A DNA stretch of 64,000 nt from Tubiluchus corallicola (GCA_030141605.1 JAQGDQ010000758.1:1-64000), one strand, 5' to 3'. Shown: positions 1-12,530, counted from the first letter of the stretch. The notes: generated by a model from the letters alone, not told the origin. Numbers and translations: made by a program.

Positions 1-45
1 ATAATAATAATAATAATAACGATAATAATAATAATAATAATATAA
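1..45. repeat. (AAT)n microsatellite, truncated by window edge
   Basis: ataataataa... seen directly. Confidence 0.95.
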
Positions 46-235
46 TGATCTTCATATTATTATTTCTTTTCTTGTGTTTGTGATTAAATTTAGTGCTACC
101 AATCTTGAGTGCAACATTTTTTCTTTTGAATTTTAGGAGAATAATCCAAAGGTACCATGTGAACAACCTGGATACGCCACCACCGGAAAAAAACTCTAAA
201 AAGACGTTTTTTATTTTGGAATTTTATTTTGTTGT

Positions 236-1740
236 TCTTGATCTCTGACTTTGGTTCACGACAGGCTGGCAACCCTAACTCTTGACTCCTGACTTTGGTT
301 CATGACGGGCTGGTAACCCTAGCTCTTGACTCCTATCTTTGTTTCATGACGGGCTGGCAACCCTAACTCTTGACTCCTGACTTTGGCTCACGACAGGCTG
401 GCAACCCTAGCTTTTGACTCCTGACTTTGGTTCACGACAGGCTGGCAACCCTAACTCTTGACTCATGACTTTGGTTCATGACGGGCTGGCAACCCTAGCT
501 GTTGAATCCTGACTTTGGTCCATGACGGGCTGGTAACCCTAGCTCTTGACTCCTGACTTTGTTTCATGACGGGCTGGCAACCCTAACTCTTGACTCCTGA
601 CTTTGGTTCAAGACGGACTGGCAACCCTAACTTTTGACTCCTGACTTTGGTTCACGACGGGCTGGCAACCCTAGCTGTTGAATCCTGACTTTGGTCCATG
701 ACGGGCTGGTAACCCTAGCTTTTGACTCCTGACTTTGGCTCACGACAGGCTGGCAACCCTAACTCTTGACTCCATCTTTGTTTCATGACTTCTGGCAACC
801 CTAACTCTTGACTCATGACTTTGGTTCACGACGGGCTGGCAACCCTAACTCTTGACTCCTGACTTTGGTCCATGACGGGCTGGCAACCCTAACACTTGAC
901 TCCTGACTTTGGTTCATGACGGGCTGGCAATCCTAACTCTTGACTCCTGACTTTCGTTCAAGACGGACTGGCAACCCTAGCTCTTGACTCCTATCTTTGC
1001 TTCATGACGGGCTGGCAACCCTAACTCTTGACTCCTGACTTTGGTTCACGACGGGCTGGCAACCCTAACTCGTGACTCCTGACTTTGGTCCATGACGGGC
1101 TGGCAACCCTAACTCTTGACTCCTGACTTTGGCTCACGACAGGCTGGCAACCCTAGCTTTTGACTCCTGACTTTGGTCCATGACGGGCTGGCAACCCTAA
1201 CACTTGACTCCTGACTTTGGTTCATGACGGGCTGGCAATCCTAACTCTTGACTCCTGACTTTCGTTCAAGACGGACTGGCAACCCTAGCTCTTGACTCCT
1301 ATCTTTGCTTCATGACGGGCTGGCAACCCTAACTCTTGACTCCTGACTTTGGTTCACGACGGGCTGGCAACCCTAACTCGTGACTCCTGACTTTGGTCCA
1401 TGACGGGCTGGCAACCCTAACTCTTGACTCCTGACTTTGGCTCACGACAGGCTGGCAACCCTAGCTTTTGACTCCTGACTTTGGTCCATGACGGGCTGGC
1501 AACCCTAACACTTGACTCCTGACTTTGGTTCATGACGGGCTGGCAATCCTAACTCTTGACTCCTGACTTTCGTTCAAGACGGACTGGCAACCCTAGCTCT
1601 TGACTCCTATCTTTGTTTCATGACTTTCTGGCAACCCTAACTCTTGACTCCTGACTTTGGTTCATGACGGGCTGGTAACCCTAGCTCTTGACTCCTATCT
1701 TTGTTTCATGACAGGCTGGCAACCCTAGCTCTTGACTCCC
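236..1740. repeat. 44-bp minisatellite, about 34 copies, with a 308-bp (7-unit) higher-order repeat
   Basis: Unit ctcttgactcctgactttggttcatgacgggctggcaaccctaa; aaccct recurs at 271 and 315; variant aacacttgac recurs at 891, 1199, 1507. Confidence 0.95.
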
Positions 1741-2554
1741 AAATAAACAAGTTGAATTTTCAGTCATACTAATAATAATGACATCCATCATTTAAACCTA
1801 AGTGACCTTTTGGCGCGAATTTTTTTCTAATTTGCAAAAATTACTAAAAATACACTTCATCACGCAGTATATGCGGTTTAAAACACTATTATAAGAACCT
1901 CAAAACACTTATTTTCAGATAAAGATATTAATAATTTATAACACGTTGTAATGCATATTTCTTTCTACGGTTTGCGAGTTATGTACAAAATTATGTACAA
2001 GTTATGTACATGATTTAATTAAATCATTTTGTTGGATTTGAAGAGAATTGTTGGGTGTAATGGAATTATTCCCAGTTTTGGTATTTTAGTTATAAATTAT
2101 TTGAGATACTTCATCACCTATAATTATGTATCTTTGATCTGGTCAAGCGGTGATTGGCTGAGAACTGGGCAATTGTATGAGTAATAAACGCGGGTTTTAA
2201 TCTACTCAGTTGTGTGTGTTTTATTTCAATTCGTATTTATTACCGACGGTTAAAAGGAAACCGAACCACATGTTAAAGTTATTCACTAATAAAGGGTAAA
2301 CAATTTGTCTTGAAATTTTATATCACTTCTTACGTAATGTCTTATTGCGCACAGGCCTGCAGACCTTAAATTAGCAGTAACGTTTTATAAAACTAGTAAC
2401 TTTATACTCTCCAGTGGACAATTACGCGTAACCAGTTTAAAGGAAAACCGGACCTAAGTGTGGTCATTGGCCAGCAGAACATCAGGGCACAAAAATGGAG
2501 CAGCAGCATCACTTTGCTGATGAAATTTGATGCACTACCAAGAGCAAAGGAAGC

Positions 2555-3134
2555 TTAAAGCAAAACCAGATCCAATCTTAAACTGCAGGTCAAAACAATC
2601 TACTCTTTAAAATATTGAAAAGAAACATACTATTTTTTCAAAAATGACTTACGTGAAAGAATTATTACCACACAAACACAATTTCACGTTCGCGCCACTA
2701 GTTCTTCACTGTTACATGCATTTCGCCATTCGCTAGTTAGACGGGCACTAGCGCCTGCATTTCGGAAACGCATTACACAAAAAACAGGTGCTGAACCTCA
2801 CAGTTTAGATGTGTTAGTTTGTGACGAGCTACACACGTTCGACAGCTCGTCCGTCAGCATCGTGGTAAATTTGAAATTTGATTTTTTTATCTTAAAACTT
2901 GTCTAATTTTAGTACAACACAGTGAATATCTCACATCAGCGCTGTACTTCAATTTTCGCTTTCGCAAACACGTGCAACACACTCGTGGAATATTTTTGCT
3001 GTTGAAAATTATGTTAGTTTGTGATGTCATCAATAGTTGGGCTCACCCGCTGTTAATTAATTGTGCTAAAGCGTATACTTTTTATCAGGCTTGAAAATGA
3101 GATAGTATATGAAAAATCATCCTGTCTTCCCTTA
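2555..3134 (+). mobile_element. TTAA-flanked non-autonomous DNA element (Kolobok-like); inverted relative at 43875-44400
   Basis: Begins ttaaagcaaaaccaga and ends catcctgtcttcccttaa; internal sequence matches the reverse complement of 44100-44400. Confidence 0.55.
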
Positions 3135-3889
3135 ATGCATTAATGAATGAGTGAATGAAAGAATGGTTAGTGTTAGTAAACATGATGGAATGGAAAAATA
3201 GTAAGATTGGGCAGAAAGAAGAAGGAAGGGAGGGAGGGAAGGAAACGACCACAAAAGTATAAAGGGGAAGAAAAGGGAAAGAACGTTACCTATATTATGT
3301 AACATTATGCTTACCTGTTTGAAATGTTTATGTAATTGGAATAGAAAATTATTAATAGGTTAAAATATTCGAACCACTACAGAATAAAAAAATGTGATTT
3401 CATGTTTTGCTAAAAAATTTATAAGCAGCGATGGTTCTCTTTGGCTTTCACTAATCGATCAAATGCCTTCTTGATATACAAAAGTTTTTGCCGCCTTTTG
3501 ATTATTCTTGTATTCATTGTGTGACTCCGTGCACCATTGTAGCTTTAATTAATGAACTTTATGCCTTGCAGCTCACGGTTACGCTTACAACGACGACAAA
3601 TCATAATTGGGGGGGGGGGGCGTTTTCATTGTTTCCAATGAGGCTTGCTTTTGTTCACGCTTAAACTTCGGTTTATCATTCCGTCTCATCCTACTAACCT
3701 GATGAATACTTGCAAACGACAGGAAGCCCAAGGCTGTGCAAAAAAACGCAACGTAATTTCGACGGCTTCACGTTTATTTCAGCGAATAGCAGTCACAGAT
3801 GATGAAAGAGTTAAGCGTGACGTAAATCGGGCAATGAATGTTTTTCTTTAGTCTAAAAACTTTGTTATGAAATGGATGAGCAAACTATA

Positions 3890-3936
3890 ATTTTTATTAT
3901 TATCATTATTATTATTATTATTATTATTATCATTAA

Positions 3937-3991
<55 letters not shown>

Positions 3992-4049
3992 GTTATTATC
4001 ATTATTATTATTATTATTATTATTATCATTATTAATATTATTATTATTA

Positions 4050-4096
<47 letters not shown>

Positions 4097-4238
4097 GTTA
4101 GTATTATTATTATTATTATTATTATTATCAGTATCATTATCATTATTAATATTATTATTATTATCATCATTATTGTTATTATTATTATTATTATTATCAG
4201 TATCATTATCATTATCATTATTAATATTATTATTATTA

Positions 4239-4291
<53 letters not shown>

Positions 4292-4295
4292 GTTA

Positions 4296-4326
<31 letters not shown>

Positions 4327-4460
4327 TTTTATTATTATTAATAATATTAATATTATTATCGTTATCATTATTATTATTATTATTGTTATTATTATTATGA
4401 TCATCATCATCATCATCATCATTATTGTTATTATTATTATTATCATTATTATTATTGTCG
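3890..4460. repeat. Long imperfect (ATT/ATC)n microsatellite
   Basis: Seen directly; produces the poly-N, poly-I and poly-L pseudo-ORFs. Confidence 0.97.
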
Positions 4461-4661
4461 TTGTCGTCGTCATTGCCCGCGCCGTTGTTGTTGTTGTAGA
4501 AAGCCAAAATAGATGAATTACAATTGTCAAGAATTACATGTGCTTCCATTTTTGTACTAATCCGCAGAGATTAAAACAAGCCTCACCCAACAGTATTACA
4601 AAAAGGCACACAGAACATTAAAATTCACGATTTTTGATATTTAAACTCTTACAGACAGTGG

Positions 4662-4935
4662 AGGCTCGTGTAAAGGTACTGTGGAACAGCAGCATCCCCC
4701 ATTTTCGCTCACTGTTATTGATAATATTCAATATAATAAGTCTTTTTTCGGTAGCTCTTTCTTCGTGTTTGTACGGGGCACAGAGCATGTGAGGGTAGTA
4801 CTGTTTGATGGCGTGTTTGGCTGTTGTGCGCATGCGGCCATGCATACATGTCTGAGATAATACGCTGTACGCTGCACTGCTAGCATCTGCTGCTAGGTAG
4901 AGAAAGTACTGGCCCTCACGCAGTGTGTACTGCCA
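4662..4935 (+). repeat. Dispersed repeat, about 280 bp; second copy at about 39497-39785
   Basis: gctcgtgta(a/t)aggtactgtggaac...gctaggtagagaaagtactgg is shared by both loci. Confidence 0.75.
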
Positions 4936-5404
4936 GTTGTCACGTACTTAAAAACGGAATGTTTGTATTTGATGTCACTTGTATTGGTATTTTTTAACGT
5001 TATTGCAAACAGCAGTTTTTTAACTGGTTCCACATAATTATTTTACTTGTATATAATTATGAAACTTGTGCGGTTGTGAAAGTCCCAGCCCATGCGAATG
5101 AATAGGTTGCACAACAATTTATTCGCTGTAACGACTGGGCCACAGTAAATTAATTTTGCTGCAAAAAAATTGAATTTGTTTTCTCTCTAGTCAAGCCCAA
5201 ACAGCGTTTACTCAAGATTTCAAATAGTTAGGACACAGTCAATGTTATTTTGTGTATCTTCTAACACAGACGAAATATAAATTAAGAACTTAAAGACGCT
5301 TTCTTCGTTGCTCTTTTCAGTTAGACTTATGGTTGAATAAAATGACACACATATAAATATAATAAGCTTGTTTTATAATCAAAAGTTCTTCTTTTATTTT
5401 TTCA

Positions 5405-5640
5405 TATAGACGTTTATTATTTGAGATTTTCTTTGGCCATCTGATACCCAAAATGTTTCTCTAATTTCGTCTTTGAAACGCATCGATTTCAGCTTTATGA
5501 TTTGTTTTTAATGTCCAGAGCTCAGAGTTGTACAGAAATACAGTTTCAACTGAGGCTGAGAATATTCTAATTTTTGTCTGCAAAGAAATCTTCCTATTCT
5601 CAAAAACTTTTGTGAGTTTCGAGTAAGCCGACATTGCCAT
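5405..5640 (-). mobile_element. Degenerate RTE-clade LINE fragment (region C-terminal to RT)
   Basis: Translation KIRIFSASVETVFLYNSELWTL...IDAFQRR, then frameshifted ..ILGIRWPKKISN; resembles the RTE LYGxExWT...LRxILxIxW motif. Confidence 0.75.
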
Positions 5641-5848
5641 TATCAATAATAATTATCAACAACAAATTGCTTTTTTGTTGTTAAACTACAACAGTGCGCA
5701 CGATTATAAGCTGCGCATCTACAAATGATGATTGCGACAACTTACAGGCCCACTTGACATTTCTGACGAGCCACTGTGAGTGGGATAAGTTGTGTAGCTG
5801 CAAGTACATTTTTATATTTCTTGAGAGAGCTAGGTTTAAAGGTTGGCG

Positions 5849-5935
5849 ATGTTAGGTGAACAGGGAGCAAACTTTAGCAATGAAACAATGCCAGAAATTC
5901 TACCTCGATGGACACCATTTGGAATTTTTTGCAGG
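5849..5935 (+). CDS. Orphan GPCR, predicted coding exon 1 (MLGEQGANFSNETMPEILPRWTPFGIFCR)
   Basis: ATG at 5849; two N-glycosylation sequons (NFS, NET); donor AGG|gtatta in phase 0 matches the phase-0 acceptor at 7153. Confidence 0.7.
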
Positions 5936-6104
5936 GTATTAAAAATGTTTTTTTAACTTCTAACAAGCCTTTTCTACTTTTGTAGAGTTAGATGTAAACG
6001 CTTTGTGATCTCATTTATCACATCTGTATTAATGGCATATTAATCCTCAGTATGCGACATAATTATTGTTCTTTAACGCAAGTTTTTGAGAATGCTGTTG
6101 TTCA

Positions 6105-6375
6105 TGTGTACTTGCTGTTGTGTTGTTGTAGTCAACGTCATAATCGTCCTCTTTAGTTACATCATTGTAGTGGTTGTTTTTTATTGCTGCTGCTGTTTAC
6201 ATTATTGTTGTTGATGTGCCGCTGCTGCTGTTGATGTTATTGTTGTTGCTGTTGCTGCTGCTGCTTGCTGTTGATGTTACTGTTGTTGCTGCTGCTGTTA
6301 TACTTGTTGCTGCGTTGTTCCTGTTGATTTTATTGTAGCTGCTACGCTGCTGCTGCTGTTGTTGTTATTGTTGCC
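6105..6375. repeat. Low-complexity (GCT/GTT)n tract in the GPCR intron
   Basis: gctgctgctgttgttgtt... seen directly. Confidence 0.85.
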
Positions 6376-7152
6376 AATATTGTAATTTTTGAATTAGCTG
6401 AACAGTTTTTAATTCATCATTTATGTTACTATGTTACTTCTGTTAACTTTTTGTAATTATATTTGGAATTTTTTCCCAACTATACCACACCATAGTATAC
6501 TAATGTAGTTCTGTTACAATTATTGTAACTGTATTTCATTTTCCTAGTCATGGCGCATAATAGTTATAAAGATAATAATGCAAATTACAATGTAAAAAAT
6601 ACATGCTGTGAAGTGATAACAGATTACAAATTACATGCAAGGTTATATTACTTAGTATTTTACTTACCTGTTTGAAAGACTTATTTAATTGTTGTGTTTT
6701 GTTTCTCTTGGAAGGCTCGTAGAGAAAACCAGAAAATACGTCGTCAAATTAAACTAGTTTATTGTGCGAGAATTCTACAACACAAAAGTATGAAGGAACG
6801 CGAAATGTTTACAGTAAATGTGATAATCTGGAAACGTGAAAGCGAGAAAGCGTATCTGAGAATACGAGAAATAAACTCCAGTGGCCAGCTCCGCCCTGTA
6901 TATCAATGCAAAGGAACAATCTAGAAATAGAAAGTCCCTCGAACCTTTTACAAGATTTTATACTATAGAACATTCTACAATGTTCTATTTAATTCTAGTG
7001 GATCTCTACAACAGCATATGAAAAGGTAATACGTAAGTGGTGTAAAATTTCGAGACGAATTTTTTAGCTTAATGTAAGTGGAGGGTTTTCTTGTGCTTTA
7101 ACTCATAATTATTTACTATTAGCACTAATTATTATTTTATCATTATTTCTAG

Positions 7153-8124
7153 GTTTTTTTGTGTTGTGTGATTATTTTCTTAAATGCCAATGTGATTATC
7201 GCAATTCAGAAACAACGACATTCAGTGTTTCAACAAGTGAAGTACTTATTTGTCTTAACACTTGCTACAGCTGACTTAATGGTTGGAGTTTTGTACATCT
7301 TCTATGTAATGATTCGTACAATCGAAGCTTTGCACATACTGGTGCTGTGCAAAACATTTTTTGGACTGTTGTTTGCGGCTGCTCAAGTGTCCACCATTAC
7401 GCTGCTGGCTATAGCCATAGATCAGTACATAGCTATTATCCATCCGTATCAGTATGAAAAAACAGTCGTTGAACACAGAGCAAAAGTGGCCATCTTGATT
7501 TATGTCACTGTTACGGTCTTCTGTCACTTACTGCAAGTTACAAACGATGCTGATACTAGTCACGAATGTCGCTTTGTACATGTTTATCCGCTTGAAATGT
7601 TAATAACAATTAATTTAACAATGGTTTATGTTCCTTTTCTTATCATGGTTGTTCTGTACGTTCGAGTTTTCTTTGTTGCCCGTCGACACATTCGGTCCAT
7701 TCAAGCCCAGCAAGAGACTGTCGAATCCCAGCCTGGAAATTTGAGGAAATACAAGAAGGAAATTAACATTGCTGCAACTTTCGCTTTGCTTGGCGCCATA
7801 TTTTTCTTCAGTAACGTCTTTTTCTTCACGCAGTCAGTCATTAACGTTACGCGCGGTGCGTACGTGCACAATATACAAATAACTGCGCCATTCGCGGTGT
7901 TGAGAACGTTCTGTGATCCCATTATTTACGCGTTACGTCATAAGCAGTTCCGTGACGCATTCAAAAGGGTGTATACTGATTGTTTTAGACAGTGGTCAGC
8001 AGATGGTGATGTTGTTCCTTTTGCTGTTGACATAACCAATGCGTCAACACGTCACACTTCAGTTCACAGCCAAGGTAGACAACAGGAAGTTTTCACGCTT
8101 CATGGGAGCGCAGAGATAGTTTGA
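7153..8124 (+). CDS. Class A (rhodopsin-like) orphan GPCR, coding exon 2 (7TM region and C-tail)
   Basis: Acceptor tttctag|G; seven hydrophobic segments; TM1 N, TM2 LATADL, TM3 Cys and AIAIDQYIAIIHP, TM5 P...LY, TM7 DPIIY, helix 8 FRDAF; intact to TGA at 8124. Confidence 0.93.
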   Translation, partial: VFLCCVIIFLNANVIIAIQKQRHSVFQQVKYLFVLTLATADLMVGVLYIFYVMIRTIEALHILVLCKTFFGLLFAAAQVSTITLLAIAIDQYIAIIHPYQYEKTVVEHRAKVAILIYVTVTVFCHLLQVTNDADTSHECRFVHVYPLEMLITINLTMVYVPFLIMVVLYVRVFFVARRHIRSIQAQQETVESQPGNLRKYKKEINIAATFALLGAIFFFSNVFFFTQSVINVTRGAYVHNIQITAPFAVLRTFCDPIIYALRHKQFRDAFKRVYTDCFRQWSADGDVVPFAVDITNASTRHTSVHSQGRQQEVFTLHGSAEIV

Positions 8125-8162
8125 AATGACCTTGAACACTTACGTGGTGCGGCGCGGCTTAA

Positions 8163-8802
8163 AGGACAAAAAAGTGGTACCTGAAGTAGGTTTCAGAAAA
8201 ATTGCCTTGAAAAATTATGTTACTGAATATAGGAATTTTATGTATATATCGCACTTGCGTTGAAAAGATTTTTAGTTTGTTTTAATTTTAAATCTCCTGC
8301 CATTACATGACGTCATACACGCACAGCGTAAATCATGGGAAACGAAGGAAATGTAAAAGTATCTATGCAAAGCTATATTACTTAGCATTTTGCCTGCCTG
8401 CTTGAAAGACTTATGTAACTAGAAAAGAAAATTATTAATTATTCAAAATGCTTTCATGAAAATATTGTTGACTCACCCTCCAGGGTACACCACTCACTAA
8501 TCAAAAACGTATTTTAATCGTGGCAAGACACAGTAATTTAAAATTTTATTCAGTTAGTGACGTTTTTGCTACAAATTGTCTGATTACTTTTTCAAACATT
8601 ACTCAGTGTTATCTAAATTTGTTTCAATTGACGCTTTTGTAAAAATGGCTACGTCTAATGGTCATCGCGGGAGTTAAACTTTACAAGTTTTATGCAGCAT
8701 TATGTCGACGCAAGCACTCTATGAAAAAGACAGTATGTAAGTGGTGAAAAATTGCAAGACGATTTTTTTAAGCTTTATGTAAGTGCAGGGTTTCCTTGAG
8801 CT
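8163..8802 (+). mobile_element. About 640-bp TTAA-flanked non-autonomous DNA transposon (Kolobok-like), family A, in the GPCR 3' flank
   Basis: ttaa|aggacaaaaaa ... tttccttgagct|ttaa; other full copies at 23429-24099 (-) and 47979-48760 (+); fragments at about 2300-2410, 3290-3370, 6635-6690, 7020-7100, 24215-24570, 41430-41580 and 54800-54925. Confidence 0.75.
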
Positions 8803-9099
8803 TTAAAGCTATTTGTACAGAGACTGTTTGCTTGAAAATCCATATCAGAGAGTCTCTGTAGTTTGTCTGCTCACACAAACAGTGCATGTGGAGCCCCCTG
8901 TTGTTGATTAATGTTGATAAAATTGAATCAGCTCAAAGGCATTTTACCAGGCGCTTGTATAATAGATGTAACGTTACTTTATGTGTTATGTTTGACTGAA
9001 TTATTTCATATTACGATATTTTATATTAACTTTTTAAATCTTAGATCGTTATCATACATAAACACATAGATATAGACAGAGACAAGGTCTAGTCGAACA

Positions 9100-9408
9100 A
9101 GAAGTAACAACTCGTTTGAATTCTTAGTCAAGCGATCTGCTAAAAATATTTGTTCATTTTTTGCTAATAAGGTTGTTCCGATTTGGAATGATTTACCAGA
9201 TATTGTAAATGATGCACCGTTGGTAAAACCTCAAAATGCAAATCTGTCTAAAAGGAAATTAAATTATGTTGATCTAAATAGTTTCTTAGTATTTAACAGG
9301 CACATGTAAGAAGCGTTGGTTCTTTGTGTCTCCGACACACCGCCCCTAATTATTATACTGCTTTTTATGTGCTTATTATGCTTTCAAATAAAACTCTTGA
9401 AAAAAAAA
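9100..9408 (+). mobile_element. CR1/L2-type LINE 3' end fragment
   Basis: HFFANKVVPIWNDLPD-like translation (typical CR1 ORF2 terminus), followed by aataaa and an A-rich tail at 9400-9408. Confidence 0.65.
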
Positions 9409-9738
9409 TGTGTGTAAATATTTTAATGTGTACTATATGTATAATTACTATGAATCATATATTTGTATGTATGTGTATATATTTTAATATATATATATAT
9501 TGTTTACTTTGTATTTGGTGGAAAAAAACTTAAACTTAAACTTAAAACAAAACTAAGCAACTTTAGAAAAACATTCACAAAGAAGTTATGAAGTATGAGT
9601 GAGAATCGAACGTTCGAATTCGATTCGAACGAATTTTTTATAATTTGGATTCAATTTGAACCTGTAATTACTGATTAGAATAATTCACGGCTTTAGCTAC
9701 AAAAGTTCTTTATCATTGAAACATCATGCAATCAGCAC

Positions 9739-10140
9739 TAGGGGTGAACATTCTCTACTAGAAAGCGAATTCGAATCGAACCGAATTTGTGACTTTCGAA
9801 TTCGAATCGAACCGAACTTCAGGATTTCGAATTCGAACCGAATTCGAATTGAGACTGAAAGATTTTCGAACAAGTTTTCGAACCACCAGCAAAAATTAGT
9901 CTTACAAAGATCATGCATATCACAAGATTTTGTTCTGCAACAAAACGACTAGTAATTTGTTTAAAATTGTGCACAAAAATCACAGCTGAATTATACTAAT
10001 TGCATGATGTTTCAATCGTTTTACTGATAAAGTACATGTGTGATTGAAGTGCCGAATTATTCGAATCTATAGTTTTGAATTCAAATCGAGTTCGAAATAA
10101 AAAAACACGTTTGAACTCGAACGTTCGATGCTCATCCATA
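9739..10140 (+). mobile_element. hAT-type MITE (about 400 bp, TTCGAA-rich), copy 1
   Basis: TIR taggggtgaacat...atgctcatccata; perfect 8-bp TSD ATCAGCAC (9731-9738 and 10141-10148); inverted partial copy at about 9594-9700. Confidence 0.9.
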
Positions 10141-10409
10141 ATCAGCACTCCTCAAGTTATTATAGGTTGTATGAGACGGATGAGGATGCCCAACTAAATG
10201 TTGAGAGCATTGACAGTTTCCGCTGATCCAAACAATACTTCGATGTAAATATAAATTGTTCTGTACTATTACTCGTAGCTCATTTTTTTGTTACACCGCG
10301 AGGTAGTATTGGGTTTGGTTGTTTTCTTACGATTGTTGTGGTCCTGTGCAGTGGACACTGCGTGCGCGATACGCCGCGGCGCCATAATTCATCTGAAGTT
10401 TTTATTATT

Positions 10410-10425
10410 CACTAGATGGCAGCAC
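10410..10425 (+). promoter_or_regulatory. Candidate CTCF site in a small CpG-rich patch between the two genes
   Basis: CACTAGATGGCAGCAC matches the bilaterian CTCF core; tgcgtgcgcg and gccgcggcgcc lie nearby. Confidence 0.45.
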
Positions 10426-10848
10426 AGCGCGACTCGTGTACCTTAGCAAACACCTGCAAGTGAAAACGGTAGTTTATAAGAGGTAAAATGGTTTTGATGA
10501 TTGAGGTTTATTAACCACAGTGCGTATGTTTGCGTTACCATAAATTTGGCATTGCGGTGTAGCGTTTGTGCAGTGTTTGATAATGTCTGTTAACCATTTA
10601 TTGTGCATGCTGTGATATGATAGCAATGCCAATAACGCCAGCTAATGTTAACATCTCTACCTAGTGCTTCGCAACTGCCTTTCGATTAATAAATCCAAGA
10701 AGACTAGGTTTCAAAAGGCTAAATAAATGTAACAAGAAACTGAAAAATAAAGTTAAAAACAAAAATTGAAATGCAGCATATACACTATGGAAAATTGGAA
10801 GTAATGCTAAACACTTAAATTTAAAATGTATAACTGCTTGTAGTGTGG

Positions 10849-12092
10849 TGCTACTACACTTTCACACCTCCTACTTTTTTCTAGGTTATTACTCGTTTCT
10901 AGGCTGGTAGGTCATTATTCTATTATTCTCACGTCATCAGTAAATGTTTCTGATAATCTTGTGATAACTTAGTCATATATTTAGTGTATAATTACAAGTA
11001 ATTACGTAGTATTCACATTTGTACACGATACAGTTCGTATCACCATCATGCTTATGTGGTGTCACATGACGATTTTCGTATTAGTTTATGCATTATCAGG
11101 GCCTAACTTAAAAGGCACTTGACACACTTTTATCTTAACCGCCTTTACGAAATAAAGAACACAACCTTGATTTTATAATCTAATAATACTACAGTAATAG
11201 ATAAAATTAATTATAAATAACTGTAGTCGTCTAAAATAATTTCCTTGTATATGTCAGCTTGGGCATGACTACACACTGAAAGAGAAACAAATAATTCAGG
11301 AAGTCTTTTGAAGAAAAGACAATTTGCAAAATGACGCAGCACTATAATGACATTGTCGGTCTAGAAATATTATATTTAAGGCCCGCACCCTACCTATAAT
11401 TATAATTAATTTGAAGCTTCAGCTGTCTTTAGTGATGCCGTAGTTTCTAAAAAAATTATTATTAAATTTTATTTAATTATTTAAAGTAATATTGTAGGCC
11501 TATAACACTCTCATTATCATCACTGTTATTATTGGTGGTGATAATGAGTATTACAAATGTGTGTTGTAGTATCACATACGTTTGTGATATTCATTATCGC
11601 CACCATTATTCCAGTGTTATTTTTATTACCATCTCCATCACTACCACTGTTCTGATACATATTTTTAATATTGAAAGCAATTTATTTTTTGTTACAAGTT
11701 GACCAGCTAACAACTTAACATACATGAAACACAGATTTCTAGACCTGTAATTAATTATTATATAATACGACACGAACTCCCGTGGCTGCAACTCGTAATA
11801 ATCATAAATTATGTAACGAAACTAAAAATACAGGTTAAGGGCCACATACATCACTGCGCGAGAGCAATTGCGCATTAGTGCGTAAACTCAAGTTATTCAA
11901 GTGGAGCTTCTTGCTTGTTAGTGATGGTAAGTAATATATGACTTTAATCTGGAATTGTAATGCCTAAAAACCTATAATATTATGGGAATATGGTGTATAT
12001 ATATTATGCCGGTTGGTCTGCTTTCTGGCCTGCAGGCGTGAAAACAAAGAATAGGTCAGAAAAAAGTAGGAGGTGCGAAAATGTAATAGCCC
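10849..12092. mobile_element. Old element bounded by about 60-bp imperfect inverted repeats
   Basis: gctactacactttcacacctcctacttttttct at 10850 versus agaaaaaagtaggaggtgcgaaaatgtaatagc at 12058-12090. Confidence 0.5.
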
Positions 12093-12399
12093 CAGTAATC
12101 TTAATACTTTTTTGAAAGTTTCAACAGGAGATAAGTAAGTCCTGGTTGGTTTGCAATGCTCTTAACTTGTAAATGTCGATAAAGCATTGCAAACAAGCTG
12201 AAATGTGGAATATTTAAAATCAGCTGAAATCAAACTTTGTTTATTTCCCACTGGTTAGCAATAATGTTTTAAATTTTTCCCGCTTTTGTTTTTTTTAGTT
12301 TCGCATTACTAAATTATCGTACAATTATCGATTATTGTGTAGTCTTTTTTGTGTCATGAACGCATGTATGTTCTGATAATTATGGTATATGCGGCAACA

Positions 12400-12530
12400 C
12401 TACTCGGCCGTTAATGCACCGATTTGGTGCAAAATTCCATACTTTTTAGCCTCCAAATGCAATGAACATTATATAAAATGGCAACTCTGGCCAAGAGTTA
12501 GCTGTGGAAAAACATGGCCGCGTCCTGCAT
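12400..12530 (+). promoter_or_regulatory. Probable MAP3K4 promoter/TSS region
   Basis: CpG-enriched; YY1-like aaacatggccgc at 12510-12521, about 400 bp upstream of the ATG. Confidence 0.4.

Noticed and set aside
236-1740. Telomeric repeat (AACCCT/CCCTAA within units)
   Set aside because: Only one hexamer per 44-bp unit; not a (TTAGGG)n tract
3848-4549. Poly-Asn/Ile/Leu ORFs of 136-233 aa
   Set aside because: Readings of an (ATT)n microsatellite
9739-10140. Heat-shock element cluster (many GAA/TTC)
   Set aside because: Spacing is TTCGAA/GAATTC rather than nGAAnnTTCn; these are MITE subterminal repeats
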